This document shows positions 1 to 11,900 of a stretch of 64,000 bases of DNA, piece after piece. Origin of the DNA: Raillietiella orientalis. Taxonomy: Eukaryota. The stretch is from positions 1 through 64,000 of the forward strand of contig JAYWIR010000115.1 of the NCBI GenBank assembly GCA_036172245.1, written 5' to 3'. Numbering within the stretch: the stretch's first letter is position 1; the number at the start of each line of letters is the position of its first letter. The notes below the pieces were generated by a model, which worked only from the letters and a program-made list of their open reading frames with translations, did no database searches and was not told where the DNA came from. A program made the translations under genes and the position numbers.

Positions 1-55
1 AATCACTTGTAATTTTATTCTTTTGAATAAATGCCCAGGCATATCCGGGTGTAAA
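1..55 (+). mobile_element. 3' terminus of an L1/Tx1-like element (subfamily A), continues upstream of the window
   Basis: Near-identical to the 3' end at 6969-7023: AATAAA at 26-31, then TGCCCAGGCATATCCGGGTG and a short TAAA. Confidence 0.85.
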
Positions 56-67
56 CGCGGACGACCG
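56..67 (+). repeat. 12-bp target-site duplication CGCGGACGACCG (partner 7024-7035)
   Basis: Exact direct repeat, each copy directly after an element 3' end. Confidence 0.8.
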
Positions 68-1585
68 TAAAGTGAGAGGGCGTGTTTTTCGGTGCTTCCG
101 AAAACCGTGTTTTTTGCGAGTGTCGGTGTTTTTCTAGGTGCGTTCGTTCCTGGGCAGAAATGCCCGAGGACACCGCCACCACGGCGAAGGGGGGGAGCGA
201 GTTTCGTCCCCCCAATTCGTGGATGTGGGGGCCATCTTTCCCACGGATTCGTCCCCCGCCCCGGCGAGGGCTTGGAGCGCGGTGGTGGTGGCGCCTGCGC
301 CGCCCCCCGCAGAGCAACAGCGGGCTTACATGGCCGACGGGGATAACCCGGTTTTGTTATACAAGGTAGGAGGCCTGTATTCCCCCACGGTTTTGCGGTC
401 TTTCGCGGCCGAGTTTAAGAAATTAAAAGTCCCGGAGGACGAATTCCTCGGACTTTCGGTTAGGAGTGGCGGGCAGCTGGTTGAGCTGAACTGCAAGTCT
501 GCAGGGATGGCTCAGCAGCTGCTCCGCCTGCCGGTCACCGTGAAAGGGAGAAGGATCTTCCCGTTCACGGCCGACAATTCGATCGTGGTGCATTTGACCG
601 GCATAACGATGCGCATGAAAAAGAACGCCGTGCGCGAATCATTAGAGAAGTTCGGGACCGTTCACGCGATGTGGGCAAAACCTAATGTCCTTGGTTATAC
701 CAGGGCATTTAGTGGTTACGCCGCTGCGCGCGTGATGGTACGTGCCGAGGGTGGTCTACTCCACAGACTGCAAGTCGAGGAGGAGGAGATCGACCTGTGG
801 TATGTGGGGAAACTTGTATACTGCGGCTTTTGCCAGGTGTCGGGGCACCTGAAAAAGAAATGATCCAACATCGTGTGCTTGGGCTGCGGCGGAAAGGGGC
901 ACATCAGGCGGATGTGCCCCAACAGAAAAAGGTCAGTTCCTACAGGCGCGTGGAAATCAGACACGCCGAAGGAACAGTACCGGAGCCACGAAATGGCAGA
1001 AACCCACCCTGCCGACCAACCCGCTGCTCAGCCATCCTCCAGCTCTCCACCCTCTCTGGGATCGGCTTGCAACGATCCTAAACATTCGCGGAGGTGGCCC
1101 TACAGAAATTTTTAGGCGCCTCTTCTTGCATGAAGCCTTGTCCCCACCGGCCTCAGTAGCAGTTCTTTGCTGCATCAGAGGGGTCGTGGCGGCTTGGAAC
1201 GCCACAAGAACAAGGCGCCAAGTTAGCGGCAATGCTACATATTGTACCCGCCTGTTTGTGAGGAACATTTGCAGGTGGCGACACCTGGGTGAACGACGGA
1301 CGCAGCTTGTGAAGATCCTGAACAGGATCTAGAGGACCTTTCGGCGCGCAATGTGATTCCCCTCCCGCCCCCGCCCCTATCCCCCAAACATAAGTGTCCT
1401 CCCCAATTTTTACATTTTCTTTTTTGCTTTGTTTTTTATTCCCGTTCCCGCGCGCTTGAAGGACCTCGCCGGTTGAGAACCGGCAAGAAGCAGGCTGCCT
1501 TATGGTGAACCATCAGGCTCTCCACACGAAAATAACATGTATTTTTATTTTTTCAAATAAATGCCCCGGCATATCCGGGTGAAAA
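68..1585 (+). mobile_element. Internally deleted or chimeric L1/Tx1-like element (5' UTR + ORF1 N-half joined at about 1044 to ORF2 C-terminus + 3' UTR)
   Basis: 5' motif GGGCGTGTTTTT; ORF1 with RRM-like region and CGFCQVSGH/CLGCGGKGH knuckles (138-950, disrupted); ORF2 tail AVLCCIRGVVAAWNA...ILNRI (1126-1332); terminal AATAAA + hairpin 1556-1585. Confidence 0.85.
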
Positions 1586-1607
1586 CGCAGTGACGTCACC
1601 GCGGTGA

Positions 1608-3206
1608 GTGGACGTGTTTTTTCGGTGCTCCGGAAAACCGTCTTTTTTTGCTGGTGTTTGTGGGTTGGTAGGTGGGTTGTACTCGCCGGTAATGCTCCGC
1701 ACGTTCGCCGCGGAATTTAAAAAGTTGAGAGTGCCCGAAGAAGAAGTTCTCGGCCTCTCCGTGCGCAGTGGCGGTCAGCTCGTCGAGCTGAACTGCAGAA
1801 CTGCAGGAAAGGCACAGCAATTGCTGAGATGCTTGGTGACTATGAACGGGAGAAGGATTGTCCCGTTCACAGCCGACAAGTCCATCGTCGTCCACCTCAC
1901 GGGCATAACGATGAGGATGGCAAAGAACGCCGTACGAGCAGAACTCGAGAAATACGGCACCGTCCACGCTCTGTGGGCTAAGCCCAACACCCTGGGTTAT
2001 ACCAGGGCGTTCAGTGGCTATGCCGCCACGCGTGTGACGGTCCGAGAGGAAAGTGGTTTACCCCACCGACTGCAGGTCGATGATGAATACATCGACCTGT
2101 GGTACATAGGGAAACCAAAATTTTGTGGAAATTGCGAGGCCATCGGGCACCTCAAACGGAGGTGCCCTAACATCGTGTGCCTCCGATGTGGTACCAAGGG
2201 ACACGTACGAAAGGTGTGCCCTTCTCGTTTTGCGTCCACTCCTGCTGGCAACAAGAAAACCGAGTCGCCACAGGTGCAGGACAAACAGCATCCCCCATCG
2301 GGTGAAAGCTCGCAAGCCGACGAGAAACCGACGCCGGAGGAAGAAAAGGCGGAGGATGGCGAAGCTGTCGCCGAAAACAGCTGGAAGTTGATGAAGAAAA
2401 AGGAGAGCAAGGGGAAAGGTACGGCCCCCAAGAAAACGGTAAAAACGGTGGCGAAAAGCGTCCGTCGTTCCACCGTAAACATCGATCGCTTTACCGCAAA
2501 GGCTTCCTCCAGCAAGCCGTCGATCGATACCGCAGCTGCGGCATCGATCGATAGAGCGATTCCGGCCCCGTCCACCGAAATCGCTACGGTAGCGATCGAT
2601 ATCGCGGCACCTGTTGCCGCGATCAATACTATTGTTCCAGTTCCGTCCGCTGGAAGTGTTGTAGTGGCGAGTGAAAGCTCAGCCGCTGCTGTTCCGATCG
2701 ATAGCCCGCCGGTTGCGGCTATCGATTCGCCAGTGACGTCACCGGACTCGCCAACAGGCGGCGAAGTCTGCGATGACGCGGAACGCATCTCCGATGCAAC
2801 GTTCGCGCAAGCCGCGGAAGAGTTGGCTGCCTTGTTAAGGCAGCCCGTCAAGGCCGAGAAGAAGGCCGTTCGACGCCCGGCTACGGCGATGGACCCAGAA
2901 AACAGCGAGAACAACGCCGAAACCGGGAACTCGTCGACCGTAGGGTTGCCGAAAAGAAAAAATAAAAGTTCAACGGGAGCTCGTAGGCGTGCTGTCCCCA
3001 CTCAGGTAGAGGTGGAAATGGCATCCGACAGCGAGGAAGAGTCAATGTGCGTTCCAGCGTGCGACTCTGCGCCTGAGAGCATCCTATTCCAACTGTTGAC
3101 ACAGTCCTCGGCCGACGGAGCACACCAAACTCCTTTCGAATCCGTCGGCGTGGACGCGGAACACCCGTTTCCTGAAAGGGAGACGGATTCCTCCACACCA
3201 CCATAA
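1608..3206 (+). CDS. Retrotransposon ORF1 (gag-like: RRM-like + 2 CCHC zinc knuckles), N-terminus deleted
   Basis: Open 532-codon frame with CGNCEAIGHLKRRC and CLRCGTKGHVRKVC; lacks the N-terminal region seen in paralogues at 160 and 28398. Confidence 0.85.
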   Translation: MDVFFRCSGKPSFFAGVCGLVGGLYSPVMLRTFAAEFKKLRVPEEEVLGLSVRSGGQLVELNCRTAGKAQQLLRCLVTMNGRRIVPFTADKSIVVHLTGITMRMAKNAVRAELEKYGTVHALWAKPNTLGYTRAFSGYAATRVTVREESGLPHRLQVDDEYIDLWYIGKPKFCGNCEAIGHLKRRCPNIVCLRCGTKGHVRKVCPSRFASTPAGNKKTESPQVQDKQHPPSGESSQADEKPTPEEEKAEDGEAVAENSWKLMKKKESKGKGTAPKKTVKTVAKSVRRSTVNIDRFTAKASSSKPSIDTAAAASIDRAIPAPSTEIATVAIDIAAPVAAINTIVPVPSAGSVVVASESSAAAVPIDSPPVAAIDSPVTSPDSPTGGEVCDDAERISDATFAQAAEELAALLRQPVKAEKKAVRRPATAMDPENSENNAETGNSSTVGLPKRKNKSSTGARRRAVPTQVEVEMASDSEEESMCVPACDSAPESILFQLLTQSSADGAHQTPFESVGVDAEHPFPERETDSSTPP

Positions 3207-3214
3207 ATAAACCT

Positions 3215-6200
3215 ATGGGTGGGCTCGCCTGCTGCCGTCGCTTGCGAATTATTTGTTGGAACGTCAACGGGTTGAGCAGCGACGGCAAGAGGCGAGACGT
3301 AGCCGCCATACTGCGAGACTTCGACCTGGCTCTACTGCAAGAGATCCACGTGCTCACAGCAGAGGCAGGCCAAGATTTCGAGAGGATCGCAGGGGGCAGG
3401 CTACTGTGGAGGAACGGAACAGATCACTCCTGCGGAGTGGCCTTTTTGCTGAAGCCGTCCGTCGAAAACTCACTGCGTAGTGCACGGTTCGACGGGGACG
3501 GTCGAGTTGGGCAGCTTGTTCTCAAGTGGTCCGACTCGATCGACCTCGTGGTCACGAACCTGTACGCTCCGGTGGACAGCCACAGGGCCGAGGAACGCAC
3601 TGCCTTCTTCGAATCCCTGTGGCGAGACTGGTTGGCCGAAGCAGGCGTGCGAAGGGCGCACCTCATTGCGGGCGATTTCAATCTCCGCCTGCGGGCAGGT
3701 GCGCCCAACCGACGAGCACAGCTGGTCAACGAGTTGTGCGCAGCAATGAATGCGCGCAACTTGTTGGCCGGTGATGCCGGGAGAGATCGGAACATCGACC
3801 ACATGTTCCTCGACAACCACCTGTCCACGCGGGTGGGAACTAGAGGAACGCTCCCGGCAGAGCTGTCCGACCATCCACGGCTCGTGCTCGAGTTACATCC
3901 GCGCAATAAGGGCCCTCTCCTGAAAACATGGCGCCTGCCAGGGGATTGATTGCGCCTCGCAGGAGCGGCGGAACATCTACGCTGTTTCCTGCGAGGATTC
4001 CAGCTTCAGACGCTCGCGGACTGGGACGAAATGAAGTGCTCAGTCCGCGAGTTTTGCGACCAGTTTCCCCTGGAACGTCTTCCGCCGGGTTCGGCGAGGG
4101 TGTCAGGAACGAGCGGGCGTACCTTCAGGCCCGCCGTTATTCCAGGCGTCCCCACGTCCGTCGCCTGGCTGAATTCTAGGCTGAGGCGGAGAGGCAGGCC
4201 TGGCAGTCAGGCTCGGCCTGCTTGCTGGACCATCAGGGCCAAGAACGCTCTAGCCCAGCCCAGGTAAGCCGCATAGTGCGGGAGTTTTATTCCTCCTTAT
4301 ACGCGCCACTCACACCTGAGCGCCATTTCGCGCAGTGCTTACTGCCGGATGGTGCTCCTGCGCTCGGGGAGGAAGTTTGTTCCAGATTGTCAGGACCCTT
4401 TACGATCACAGAGATCATCTCCGCCATCAGTAAATTAAAAGCAAGGAAGGCACCAGGGGAGGACGGCCTGCCCGCGGAGTTTTACAAATACTTCGCGCCA
4501 GAGCTGGCCCCCCTGGTGCTCAGGTTAAGTCAGCTGATCCGCGAACACGGTAAAGTTCCCGCCTCGTTCCGGTCAGCAAAAGTATGTCTCCTGCCGAAGT
4601 CAGGAGACCTACGCAACATTGGCAACTGGCGTCCCATCACAGTAGTGAATGCGTACGCAAAGTTGTATGCCAAGTTGTGGGCTGAGCGTTTGGGGCGAGT
4701 GGCCGCTTCCGTGGTGAGTCCCGAGCAGACCTACGCTGCTCCCGGACGAACCATAGAGGCCAACCTGCTCCTCGCCAGCTCATGGTGGCAGTTGCGACAA
4801 CGCGTTGCTCAGGATGGTCAAGGAAGCCTCGCGCTCCCCTCTGACCAAGAAGATCGGATAGAGGGTGGGATGGACTCGGCGGGAGCCCTTGCCGTCGCGG
4901 TCGATTTGCACAAAGCATTCGACTGCGTCGACCAGGATCTCCTTCTGGAGCTCCTGGAACGCATGGGTTTCCCGGCCGTGCTCCAGTCTACCTTCGCTTC
5001 TGCTGGCGCAACGCGTCTATTAATATTTGTTTCAGCGGCCGGCACGTGTACGGCGTGCCAGTGCGCCGCGGCATACGGCAGGGTGACAGCCTGTGCCCCT
5101 TGCTCTTCAGCATCTACTTCGAGTTGGTGCTGAGGGCATACAGGGTAACTCTGGCAACCCTGCCGAGCTCGTGTGCCAGCACGCCTGCCGTGTCGGCCTA
5201 TGCAGAAGATCTTCTGCTGCTGCTTCCCGGGTCCACCCCGGCGAGTGCGCTCGAGGATTTCTTCGAGTTGCTGCGCCGCGGGACGGGCCTGGAGGTGAAC
5301 AGGGCGAAGTAGTCTATGATGTACGTCGGCTCGGCGTTGGCTGTACGGTCGGACTGGATCCGCTTGGGGATCCCCACGGACAGGTGCTTCAAGTACCTAG
5401 GCGTTCCGATGGGGGACTTCTGCGCAGCAGAAGCCTGGTCCGACCGTCTCCAAAAGGCAGCGTTGGCGACCGGTCCGTTCCAAGAAAGCAAGTTCTACTT
5501 GCAGGAACGGGCCGCGGTGTGGAACGCGTTAGCGGCCCCCCTTCTTCGCCCCCTACTTTTTGTGTGCCCCGCCCCTTACTTCATCCGTAAACGAGCAGCG
5601 GGCCTCCTGAGGACAGTCCTTTGGGGCAAAGGGAGGTCCCGTGTGAGGCTCAAAGACTTGTGCGCTCCACGTAAGGACGGAGGACTTGGCGTTCTTACGC
5701 TGGAGCGCATGGAAGTTCAATTGAGATTTAGGACTTTCGCCCTCGCGGCCGGATTGTGGGACACACCTTGGTGCGTTCCAGCACGCTTCCCAGCCCAACG
5801 AGCCTACGGATTCAACGGACTTTTGTCGTTTCTGCTGTCACGCGACCGCAGAGAAGCACACGGCTGCTTAATTCTGCGTCGCATGGAAGTTGCGGTACGG
5901 GAGAACGCCTGGATCTCCTGCCGTCCAGGGAACTACTCTGCATGGCTGCACGAGTCAGTCTCCACCTGGGAAAGGATCGACGTAACGGCGGGCACAAGAA
6001 ACGCTTGCCTGCAAAGGCACGCCCGCTGGAATCTGCAGGAGATCGTGCAGTCCCACGAAAAGCGCATGTGGGCTTTGATAAGCCCCCTTGCCCCAGTGCT
6101 GCCTTTCCTCATCGACGCCAGGGACAGTAGGGAGCTTTAGAAATGAAACGTGTCCTGCACCATTGGAGGCAGGACACAAACGATCATGGCGTGGACATCT

Positions 6201-6770
6201 CGGCTGCTAGCGGACGCTGCGACGCCGAGAGTCCCGCCCAACGGATTTCGACGCTGGGGCGAGCTCCTCGGTCTATCTCCGGAGGAGATGAAGTGGCCCC
6301 CGGCGTCCTGGAACAGTGGATCCCTCCCCCTGAAATGGAAGGATGTGGCGTTGCTTGTGGTCCTCTGGGGACTTCCATTCAAAGCACGCCTTCATCACAC
6401 AACCCGGGGGGCTGTGGATCCTTATTGTGACCGGTGCGGGAAAAAAGAGACCTTCCCCCACCTTCTCTTCGAGTGCAGTGCCATCCGCCCTTTATGGGAT
6501 CGCATTACGTCGATCCTGGACTTGCGCGGATGCGGCCCTAAGGACGTTTTTAGGCTCCTCTTCCGTAGTGACGCCTTGTCCCCCCCCTCTTCTGTAGCAG
6601 TCCTCTGCTGCATTCGAGGGATCGTGGCGGCTTGGAACGCCACCAGAAGAAGACGTCAGCCAACTGGCAACGCCTTACGGTTCACCCGCCTATTCGTCCG
6701 AGACGTCTGCAAGTGGCGCCACTTGGACGCAGAGAGGACTCAGCTTGTACGGATCCTAAATAGGATCTAG
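3215..6770 (+). pseudogene. Retrotransposon ORF2 (APE endonuclease, RT, zf-RVT), disrupted
   Basis: WNVNG, LQE, NLYAP, GDFN, IDH, SDH; KAPGEDG, NWRPIT, DLHKAFD, GIRQGDSL, YAED; CDRCGKKETFPHLLFEC; several stops and frameshifts. Confidence 0.93.
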
Positions 6771-7023
6771 AGGACCTATCCGCCCGCACGGTGATCCCCT
6801 CCCTGCCCTCCCATTCCCGAAACATTTGTTCCCTCCCATACTACCACTATTTGTTTGTTTTTTGTTTTTTCTTTCCCAACCCCCGCGCATGGGATGGACC
6901 TCTCCGGCATAGCGCCGGTAAATACCAAGCTGTTTTGTAGTGGTGGACCTTTGGGTTCAACACGCGACAATCACTTGAAATTTTATTCTTTTGAATAAAT
7001 GCCCCGGCATATCCGGGTGAAAA

Positions 7024-8133
7024 CGCGGACGACCGGTTTCTGCTTTTTCGGCGTCGCCTTGTTTATCTTTTTTGCCTCCTTCTTCTGGGGCTTCTTCCTT
7101 TCTACCTTTTGCCAACCTTCCTCGTTTTCGGTGCTTTCTCCAGCTGGTTGTTCGCTGGAGGATGGCTGAGCAGCGGATTAGTCGGCAGGGCGGGATGCTG
7201 CCAGTTGTTGGCTTCGGTCCTTTCCCTTCGGCGTCTCTTCCTTTCTTGCGCCTGACGGAACGGACCTTTTTCGGTTGGGGCACATCCGCCTGATGTGTTC
7301 CTTCTCCCCACAGCCCATGCACACGATGTTGGGGCATTTCTTTTTTAAATGCCCCGACACCTGGCAAAAGCCGCAGTAAACGGGTTTCCCCACATACCAC
7401 AGGTCGATCTCCTCCTCACCGACCTGCAGTCTGTGGGGTAGTCCACCCTTGGCACGGATCGTCACGCGCGCAGCAGTGTAGCCACTAAAAGCCTTGGCAT
7501 ATTTCAGGACATTGGGCTTCGCCCACAGCGCGTGGACGGTTTCTTATTGCTCCAAGCTTTCTTTTACGGCGTGCTTCGCCATCCGCATTGTTATGCTGGT
7601 TAGGTGGACAATGATCGAATTGTCCGCCGTGAACGGGAAGATTCTTGAACCGTTCACGGTCATCTGCAGGCAAAGCAGCTGTTGAGCCATCCCTGCAGAC
7701 CTGCAGTTCAGCTCAACCTGCTGCTCCCCACTTCTCACCGAGCCCGAGGACTTCGTCCTTCGGGACTTTTAACTTTTTAAGATCGGCCGCGAACGGCCGC
7801 AAAACCTCGAAGGAATACAGGCCAGCTACCTTGTATAACAAGGCTGGGTTATACCCGTCGGCCATGTATGGCTGCTGTTCTTCTAAGGGGGGCGCTGCCA
7901 CCACCGAGCTCAATGCCCTCGCAGGGGCGGGGAACGAATCCGTCGGGTAGATGGCCCCAACATCCATTGGTTGGGGGGACGAGACTTGCTCGCCCCCCTC
8001 CTCCGTCTTGGTGGCGTCCTCAGGCATTTCAAACTAGGAACATCCACGCTGAAATCACCAAAAACACCCGCGAAAACAACGGTTTTGCAGAGCTCCACAA
8101 AAACACGTCGTCTCAGCCCGGTAAAGTCATCTC
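7024..8133 (-). mobile_element. 5' part (5' UTR + ORF1 N-half) of a subfamily A element, interrupted at 7024 by antisense insertions
   Basis: Minus-strand GACGTGTTTTT near 8109; ORF fragments 7713-8027, 7544-7738 and 7178-7465 are closely paralogous to ORF1 at 160-1040. Confidence 0.88.
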
Positions 8134-8905
8134 TTCAACGCTAATATGCGGGGTTTTATTTTTCACAAACAAAAGAACAATGAATTTACTCGTGGCGAGC
8201 TCAAGGGCTCACCACTATAAGGCAGCTTGCTTGGTGCCTGTGCGGAACCAGCGAGGTCCATCCGACGCGCAGGAGTTGGGAAGATGAAACAAAAGAAACA
8301 TAGAAAACAAACAACCCGGAGAAAGCACAAATGTTTTAGGGATGAAAGGGCAGGGAAGGGATCACTGTACGCGCGGAAGGTTCTCTGGTTCCTCTTGAGG
8401 GTCCTCAAGAGCTGCGTCCAAATCTGCGTCCTATCTGCGCTGCGACGCCGACTCTCCCTTTCAACGGAATTCGGCGCTGGGGCGAGCTAGTCGGACTATC
8501 TCCGGAGGAGATGAAGTGTCCCCCAGCGTCCTGGAACAGTGGATCCCTCTCCCTGTAATGGCAGGAGGTGGCGTTGCTTGTTGTACATTGGGGTTTATCC
8601 TTCAAAGTACGCCTGAATCCTACCACACGGAGGCTGTGGATCCCCAGTGCAACCTGTGTGGGGAAAAAGTGACATTCCCCCACCTTTTGATTGAGTGCAG
8701 TGCCCTTCTCCCTCATTGGGATCGTCTTTTGGCGATGTTGGACTAGCGTGGATGCGGCCCTGAGTTCGTTTTCAGGCGCCTCTTCTGTCGTGACGCCTTG
8801 TCCTCGATCCTAGAATGCAGCAATCCTCTGCTGCTTTCTAGGGATCGTGACGGCTTGCAACGCTACTAGAAGAAGACCTCAGATAACCGGCAACGCTTTA
8901 CATTG
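8134..8905 (-). mobile_element. Old 5'-truncated element with 5' inversion (3' end on minus 8134-8440; zf-RVT segment on plus 8440-8905)
   Basis: Minus AATAAA at 8155-8160 with decayed hairpin; plus segment aligns by eye to about 6217-6685 (CNLCGEKVTFPHLLIEC). Confidence 0.75.
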
Positions 8906-8949
8906 GACTGTGTGTAATCAGTTTTTTTTTGAGAGAGCCTTCTGTTGAT

Positions 8950-11900
8950 TGATCAATATGCGCGCTACGGTTATTCTTCAGAAATATCGACTTTTGTAAG
9001 AGATTTCTTCATGCGGAACCCATATCTCTGCGGAGGTGGTTCCTTACGTCTCCTGTTCCCATCAAGATTCGGTCACTTTACAATAGGCATCCTTTGGGTG
9101 AAGACTATCGTAGACGCATTGGCAAAGTAGTGATATCTTTCCAGAAAAAGGGTTGGATTCTTTATTATTCTATCACCACTAGAATTCTCAGAGAAGCCAT
9201 TTTAAAAAATTGCTAATTGCACAAGAAAAATTAGATTGTGTTTCTTGCAAGCGAATATTTTAAAGGCTGTGATTTTGTTTGTGCTTTCTTGGTAAAATGA
9301 TGGAGTCTTCGTTAAATCGTCACATTGCACGTCGAATAATGACTCTTTTATTCATCAGCACGGTACAAGCTGCAAGTAGATATGAATCTTAGCAGTATGT
9401 TTATTTTCAGTTTATTTCTTTATTTCAAGCCAAAAAACATGAAAGCCTGTTTTCGCTACTCATGACGAGGCTTTTTTTGGAGCTGACTAGCTTTCAGAAA
9501 ATCCAAAAGACAAATGGAATCTTTTTCAAAGGTGCAATTCACACTGAATGGCGTTTTAAGTACGATGACCACTTTTCCACTCACTTCCTCGCTGAAAGAT
9601 TGTGTTTAAGAAAAACGAATATTGAGATTGCAAAGTAATTGCGCATTTTCAATGTTGCTTACATTTCTGAAGGCTCATTGGATCATTTTTGTGGTAAAGT
9701 TGCCGAGACCCTCCCATAGGTGTGCGCATTTTGAACGAAAAGCACAAGGGTTTTGACCAGAAAACTAAAAATTTCGGGACACTAAGAAAGGTAGAGCTGG
9801 GAAATTAAGTTCTTAGAAGGTTCGATCGGTTTTCGAGTTTTGATGTTGCATTTTGCAACTAGGACCTAACGTCGGAACCGAGCATATTGCTTTCATGCCT
9901 TATCAATTTGCGGCAGATGCTTGCATCCCGGCTGGCGATTATGTCGTCAAGGAAGCAGAGGAAAAAGCGGAAGTTTAAAGAATAAAAGCATGTCCAAATC
10001 AATAGAAAACACGGATGCGTTATTCGTGCGAAAGGGAAGCTGGAGATGGAATGCTTAATTAGGTAGTTGTCTTACTTGATATTAGGTTTAACTTGGCACT
10101 GACATGGTCCTCTTATGAAGTTAGCATAGACTGATACATTCAACGGAACTCCGAAAAAAGTCTAAGAAAAACGATTTAATCTTTCTGCATGTTCACTGCC
10201 TCCTTACCGTCACCAACACTGAACAAGATTGCCTATGAGGTGTAGGCAATGTATTTGTAGTCCATGCTACCTTGCACGGATTCCATGGTTCCTCAGGAGG
10301 TGGTGTCAGAAGAATGAATGAACACTTCCCTGTGGAATCCTCAAACTTGATGTCGTTAATAGTTTGTCGGAACATAAAAGCATTCTCTTCAGCGTTGTTT
10401 ATTTTAAGGCAGAGAAGTGCCATCACCATCAGCAGGCACTGAAACGTGAAATTTGTCAAAACGAAAATTTTCTACTATGTTGTGCATGGCGGGCAGAGGT
10501 CCAGATAGGAGGCTGGGAAAGTCAATCACTATTCTCGCCTCGATCTCAAATGCACATGGAAACTCTCGAAAAAAGGGAGTTGCGCTCCGAAATAGGAGAA
10601 AGCCCAATGGACAACGTGATTGCTTCAATACTTCCCGTATTTTAAATTACGCGTGTTGTATCTTCACCGTTTTTAGCATTTTCACATACAGTATGCAAGG
10701 ATAAGTTTAATTTTTCAAGCCTCGAAGTTTCGTTGTTCCCTCGGAATAACCTTGACAGTAATACATGGAAAGCAAATATTCCCGTTGCTCCCATCTCCTG
10801 CTCTTGCATACAGTCCGAGTGTGTTTTCGACGATGGTGATATAAGGTAAAACCTCGCACGCGGTCAACGTGTGCCTTACAGTAGCTCCCATTGATAAGAG
10901 GTGCAAAACTGCAGAATGAGGCGGCATTTTGCAATGCTTCTTTGCTTATAAATTCAGAAACACGAAAGTGCCATTCCCTCGCTAGCATAGGGAGGACGAA
11001 TTTTCGTAAATCGCGAAAGAGAGCGTTTCGAATGAGCGTAGGTCCTGGCGTGCCTTTTTCAGGTTGCGATATGTCGGTTTGCATTCGGTGTTTCGCGAAC
11101 ATTCATCATCAAAACTCCTTACCCGCCCAACAGTTTGTTTGCATAATCATAAGACATTTCCTTCATAGGAACTTCATTAACAATTGAGAATTTGAAAGAA
11201 TCTAACCCCATACGCACATTTGGAAGCATCATTATGCCGAAATTCCTTTGCACTTCCTCTTTAAAGCAAAAAGAAGAACGCACTCGAATATTAGAAGAAC
11301 TGAAGTTCCTTTCTTAGAATGTGGTGCGGAGTTGGTCAACTTATATTTGCTCGTGGGAGCACAACAGGCGAACCCCTTGCGTAAGTACCGCAATATGGTT
11401 GTTGTTAAAAGACAAACACATCTGCATGCATGCTAGCAGATTTCTCAGAATTTCTTTTCTTCAGGATCGAAGAGAAAACTCAAGATTCCTCTTCATGAGC
11501 TGCGTACACCTCTCATGCTTGTGAGCGCTTATGCATGTGTGGTCCGCTGCATCATTTCTCCCTCATGTTCGCGGAGAGCAGCAGCCAATTCGAAGCTGCC
11601 GCGAAAGGTAAAATAACAAATTGGAGAACTCTTTTGGGAAAGAAAAGAAAGGTTTCACTGCTGAAATGGATGTTGCGAGCATCCTTCTGTGCTCTTTGTC
11701 CAGTTTTCTTTATCTCAATTTCTTAGGCTTACTTTATTGTGAACAGAGAGAGGCATATCGGGGAAGCCGTTGATCACTACTAGTAATATTAAGATATGAA
11801 AACTTTGATTCCGGAAATACTGCGTACTAATGAAAAGTGAGGTCGAAGCAGGGTAAGGAAAAATAGGTTCAAAGGTAATTACAAGCCTAAATGTGATAAA

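Larger units (their letters stand above)
1586..7023 (+). mobile_element. Near full-length L1/Tx1-like non-LTR retrotransposon (subfamily A)
   Basis: GGACGTGTTTT at 1610, ORF1, ORF2 (EN-RT-zf), pyrimidine-rich 3' UTR, AATAAA 6994-6999 and terminal hairpin. Confidence 0.95.

Noticed and set aside
2470..2730. Recurrent ATCGAT (SID/AID) short repeats in ORF1
   Set aside because: Low-complexity expansion in one ORF1 tail, not shared by other copies.
26..7023. Repeated ATGCCCCGGCATATCCGGGTG as a CRISPR repeat, LTR, TIR or Helitron end
   Set aside because: Kilobases apart, always after ORF2 and AATAAA; no spacers, cas, integrase, transposase, Rep/helicase or CTRR terminus.
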